Positions 63,099-64,000 of a DNA stretch of 64,000 nt are shown here, in pieces. A program made the translations under genes and the position numbers. Position 1 is the stretch's first letter. Each line of letters begins with the position of its first letter. The stretch spans positions 11,400,454-11,464,453 of the forward strand of contig CM082596.2 in the NCBI GenBank assembly GCA_040954595.2. The letters are read 5' to 3'. The DNA is from Balanoglossus misakiensis. Its lineage: Eukaryota > Animalia > Hemichordata. The notes beneath the pieces were generated by a model, which ran no database searches, was not told the origin of the DNA, and saw nothing but the letters and a program-made list of their open reading frames with translations.

Positions 63099-64000
63099 GT
63101 TTGTAGTCGTCTTAGTCGTAAAAACATATTTAAGGTGTTGCGCACCTCGAAATAAAGGGTCGTCTGATCATGTTTAAATTAATACTGATGATACTATGAC
63201 TTCTAAACATTTAATCTATGGAATAAAAATTGGGGGTCAACCATCTAGAGTTTTGAAAAAGCGCCCTTTATCTAGCACCTCTTTCAGATTTTGCCAGGCT
63301 CGTAGATTTTTGTAAAATGGCCTCAAAAATAAGAATTTTGGGAGGTTTGTCATATTTTTTCACCATTGTAGAATCTAAATGTTCTGAATTATTTTATTTT
63401 TAGCAATTTTGAGATTGATTCATATTCAGTATGATAATCGCATGTCAATACAACTGTTACATTAAAGGAAAAGTTCAAATCCGCCTAAAACCACATTGCA
63501 TTGGTACCTAGTTAAGTTGTCCTCACTTCTGACGCAAAATTTTGATGTGCAATGCACGTGTCTGTGAAATTGACGAATAAAAAAATTGTATACCAGTGCA
63601 AAATTAAAAACTCCCTGTGCAGCCATCTTGGCAACTGCATGCTGGGAAAAGTACTCGGATGATGACGAAAAAGTTTCGGGGTTCCGTGTAGTGCTACCCC
63701 GGAATACAATGTTGGGTGCAGACTACAACTATGGAAAAGAGATGCAGAATGTCATGTGATATAGTAGTGAAAACAAATACACGTTGGTTCACGTATTTCA
63801 GCTCTCAGCAATCAGGGTGCATTGAAAGGCCTTGATTGGTGTGATATTCACAATTGATTATTATAAATACTTACAGTTGTATACTGTTTTATTTTGTAAA
63901 TATTGTGTACATTTGCAGCAATGAATCCGTGCGAACACAAACCTTAACCCATGCCGGAATGCTGGTACTTGCCAAGCAATCCAGGGATCTTGTACAGGCG
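61211..64000. repeat. Tandem unit, copy 3 (partial)
   Basis: Matches 1-2796 apart from a 6-bp deletion near 62615 and a few SNPs. Confidence 0.96.
63919..64000 (+). pseudogene. First 8-Cys EGF exon of copy 3 (cut by the window end)
   Basis: Identical to the start of the exon at 2715. Confidence 0.8.

Overview
Eukaryotic (spliceosomal-intron, AT-rich) animal genomic DNA; a marine invertebrate is my inference from the repeat and EGF content. The window is a near-identical tandem array of a 19,555-bp unit: copy 1 = 1-19555, copy 2 = 19556-61210, copy 3 starts at 61211. Each unit carries decayed + strand exons of Cys-rich CPAG/GxY repeats and ten phase-1 exons of an unusual 8-cysteine EGF-like module, mixed with old TE relics (MITEs, L2-like LINEs, a Gypsy gag relic). 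Copy 2 is 22.1 kb longer. It has a 1505-bp triplication, a TTAA MITE, a 6.6-kb hAT-like transposon with a 7-bp TSD, and a 12.6-kb Gypsy element that is itself split by a 2.8-kb TA-TSD element. Copy 1 provides the empty site for each insertion into the unit. The most notable structure is inside the hAT-like element: its predicted intron holds a ~550-bp inverted copy of its own transposase exon. That copy is flanked by candidate splice sites, suggesting a built-in, possibly splicing-switched, self-silencing hairpin.
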